A stretch of DNA of 64,000 bases from Vicugna vicugna (lineage: Eukaryota): positions 9,219,009-9,283,008 of the forward strand of contig MU058781.1 of the NCBI GenBank assembly GCA_013265495.1, given 5' to 3'. Below, in pieces: positions 63,745-64,000 of this stretch. The position numbers and the translations under genes were made by a program. Positions within the stretch are counted from its first letter, which is position 1. The number at the start of each line of letters is the position of its first letter. The notes beneath the pieces were generated by a model. The model did not search any database, was not told the DNA's origin, and worked only from the letters and a program-made list of their open reading frames with translations.

Positions 63745-64000
63745 ATGGCCTTATTAAGTCCTTACTTATTGATAATTACATTAAATGTAAATAGATTAAA
63801 TTCTCTAATCAGAAGGCATAGAGTGGCTGAATGTATGAAACAGGAACACCCAACTATCTGCTGCCAACAAGAGACTCACTTCAGCTTTAAGAACATACAA
63901 ATGCCCAAAGTGAAGGAACGAAAAAAGACATCTCATGCAAACCTTCTAAAGAGAAAACAGGTAGTTATATTAGACAAGATAGACTTTAAGTCAAAAACTG
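63745..64000 (+). pseudogene. L1 ORF2p endonuclease N-terminus remnant
   Basis: MALLSPYLLIITLNVNRLNSLIRRHRVAE...PTICCQQETH matches the L1 APE-type endonuclease start (LNVNGLN / CLQETH). Confidence 0.92.

Larger units (their letters stand above)
61515..64000 (+). mobile_element. Older (L1MA/MB-era) LINE-1 5' portion: 5'UTR, degenerate ORF1, long inter-ORF spacer, start of ORF2; continues past the window
   Basis: Starts ...ggtggcaaaatggagg. ORF1 and ORF2 homologies are listed below. Confidence 0.92.

Noticed and set aside
12770..64000. Plus-strand bias of large L1s implying a minus-strand host gene
   Set aside because: Too few elements, several opposite-strand L1s are present, and no exon was identified.
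1..64000. A novel multi-gene biological system
   Set aside because: No credible non-transposon coding sequence, RNA gene or array was found. Small spliced exons cannot be excluded by eye.

Overview
This window is mammalian non-coding DNA, almost certainly camelid (alpaca/llama/camel). The taxonomic clue is four copies of a tRNA-Ala(AGC)-derived SINE of the camelid Vic-1 type, together with cetartiodactyl-style L1 3' ends. I found no supportable protein-coding exon, RNA gene, CRISPR array or prokaryote-like system; ORF-track entries are LINE-1 remnants or chance ORFs. The window is a gene desert or large intron built from layered transposon fossils. These include TSD-flanked 5'-truncated L1s, an older L1 5' end with ORF1 and the ORF2 start at the right edge, ERV1-type solo LTRs, MaLR LTRs, Tigger and hAT MITEs, MIR and L2. 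Between them lie repeat-poor blocks rich in homeodomain, PBX-MEIS, POU and SRF motifs that look like developmental enhancers. The most interesting signals are mechanistic scars. They are a 50-bp micro-L1 with a perfect TSD and an apparent 11-nt 3' transduction, two L1s stacked in one target site, a duplication/hairpin/L1-capture repair junction, a Tigger2 MITE whose interior is replaced by older MIR sequence, and a CpG-rich LTR with intact promoter motifs. Repeat family names are assigned from memory of consensus sequences, not from a database search, and boundaries of old repeats are approximate.
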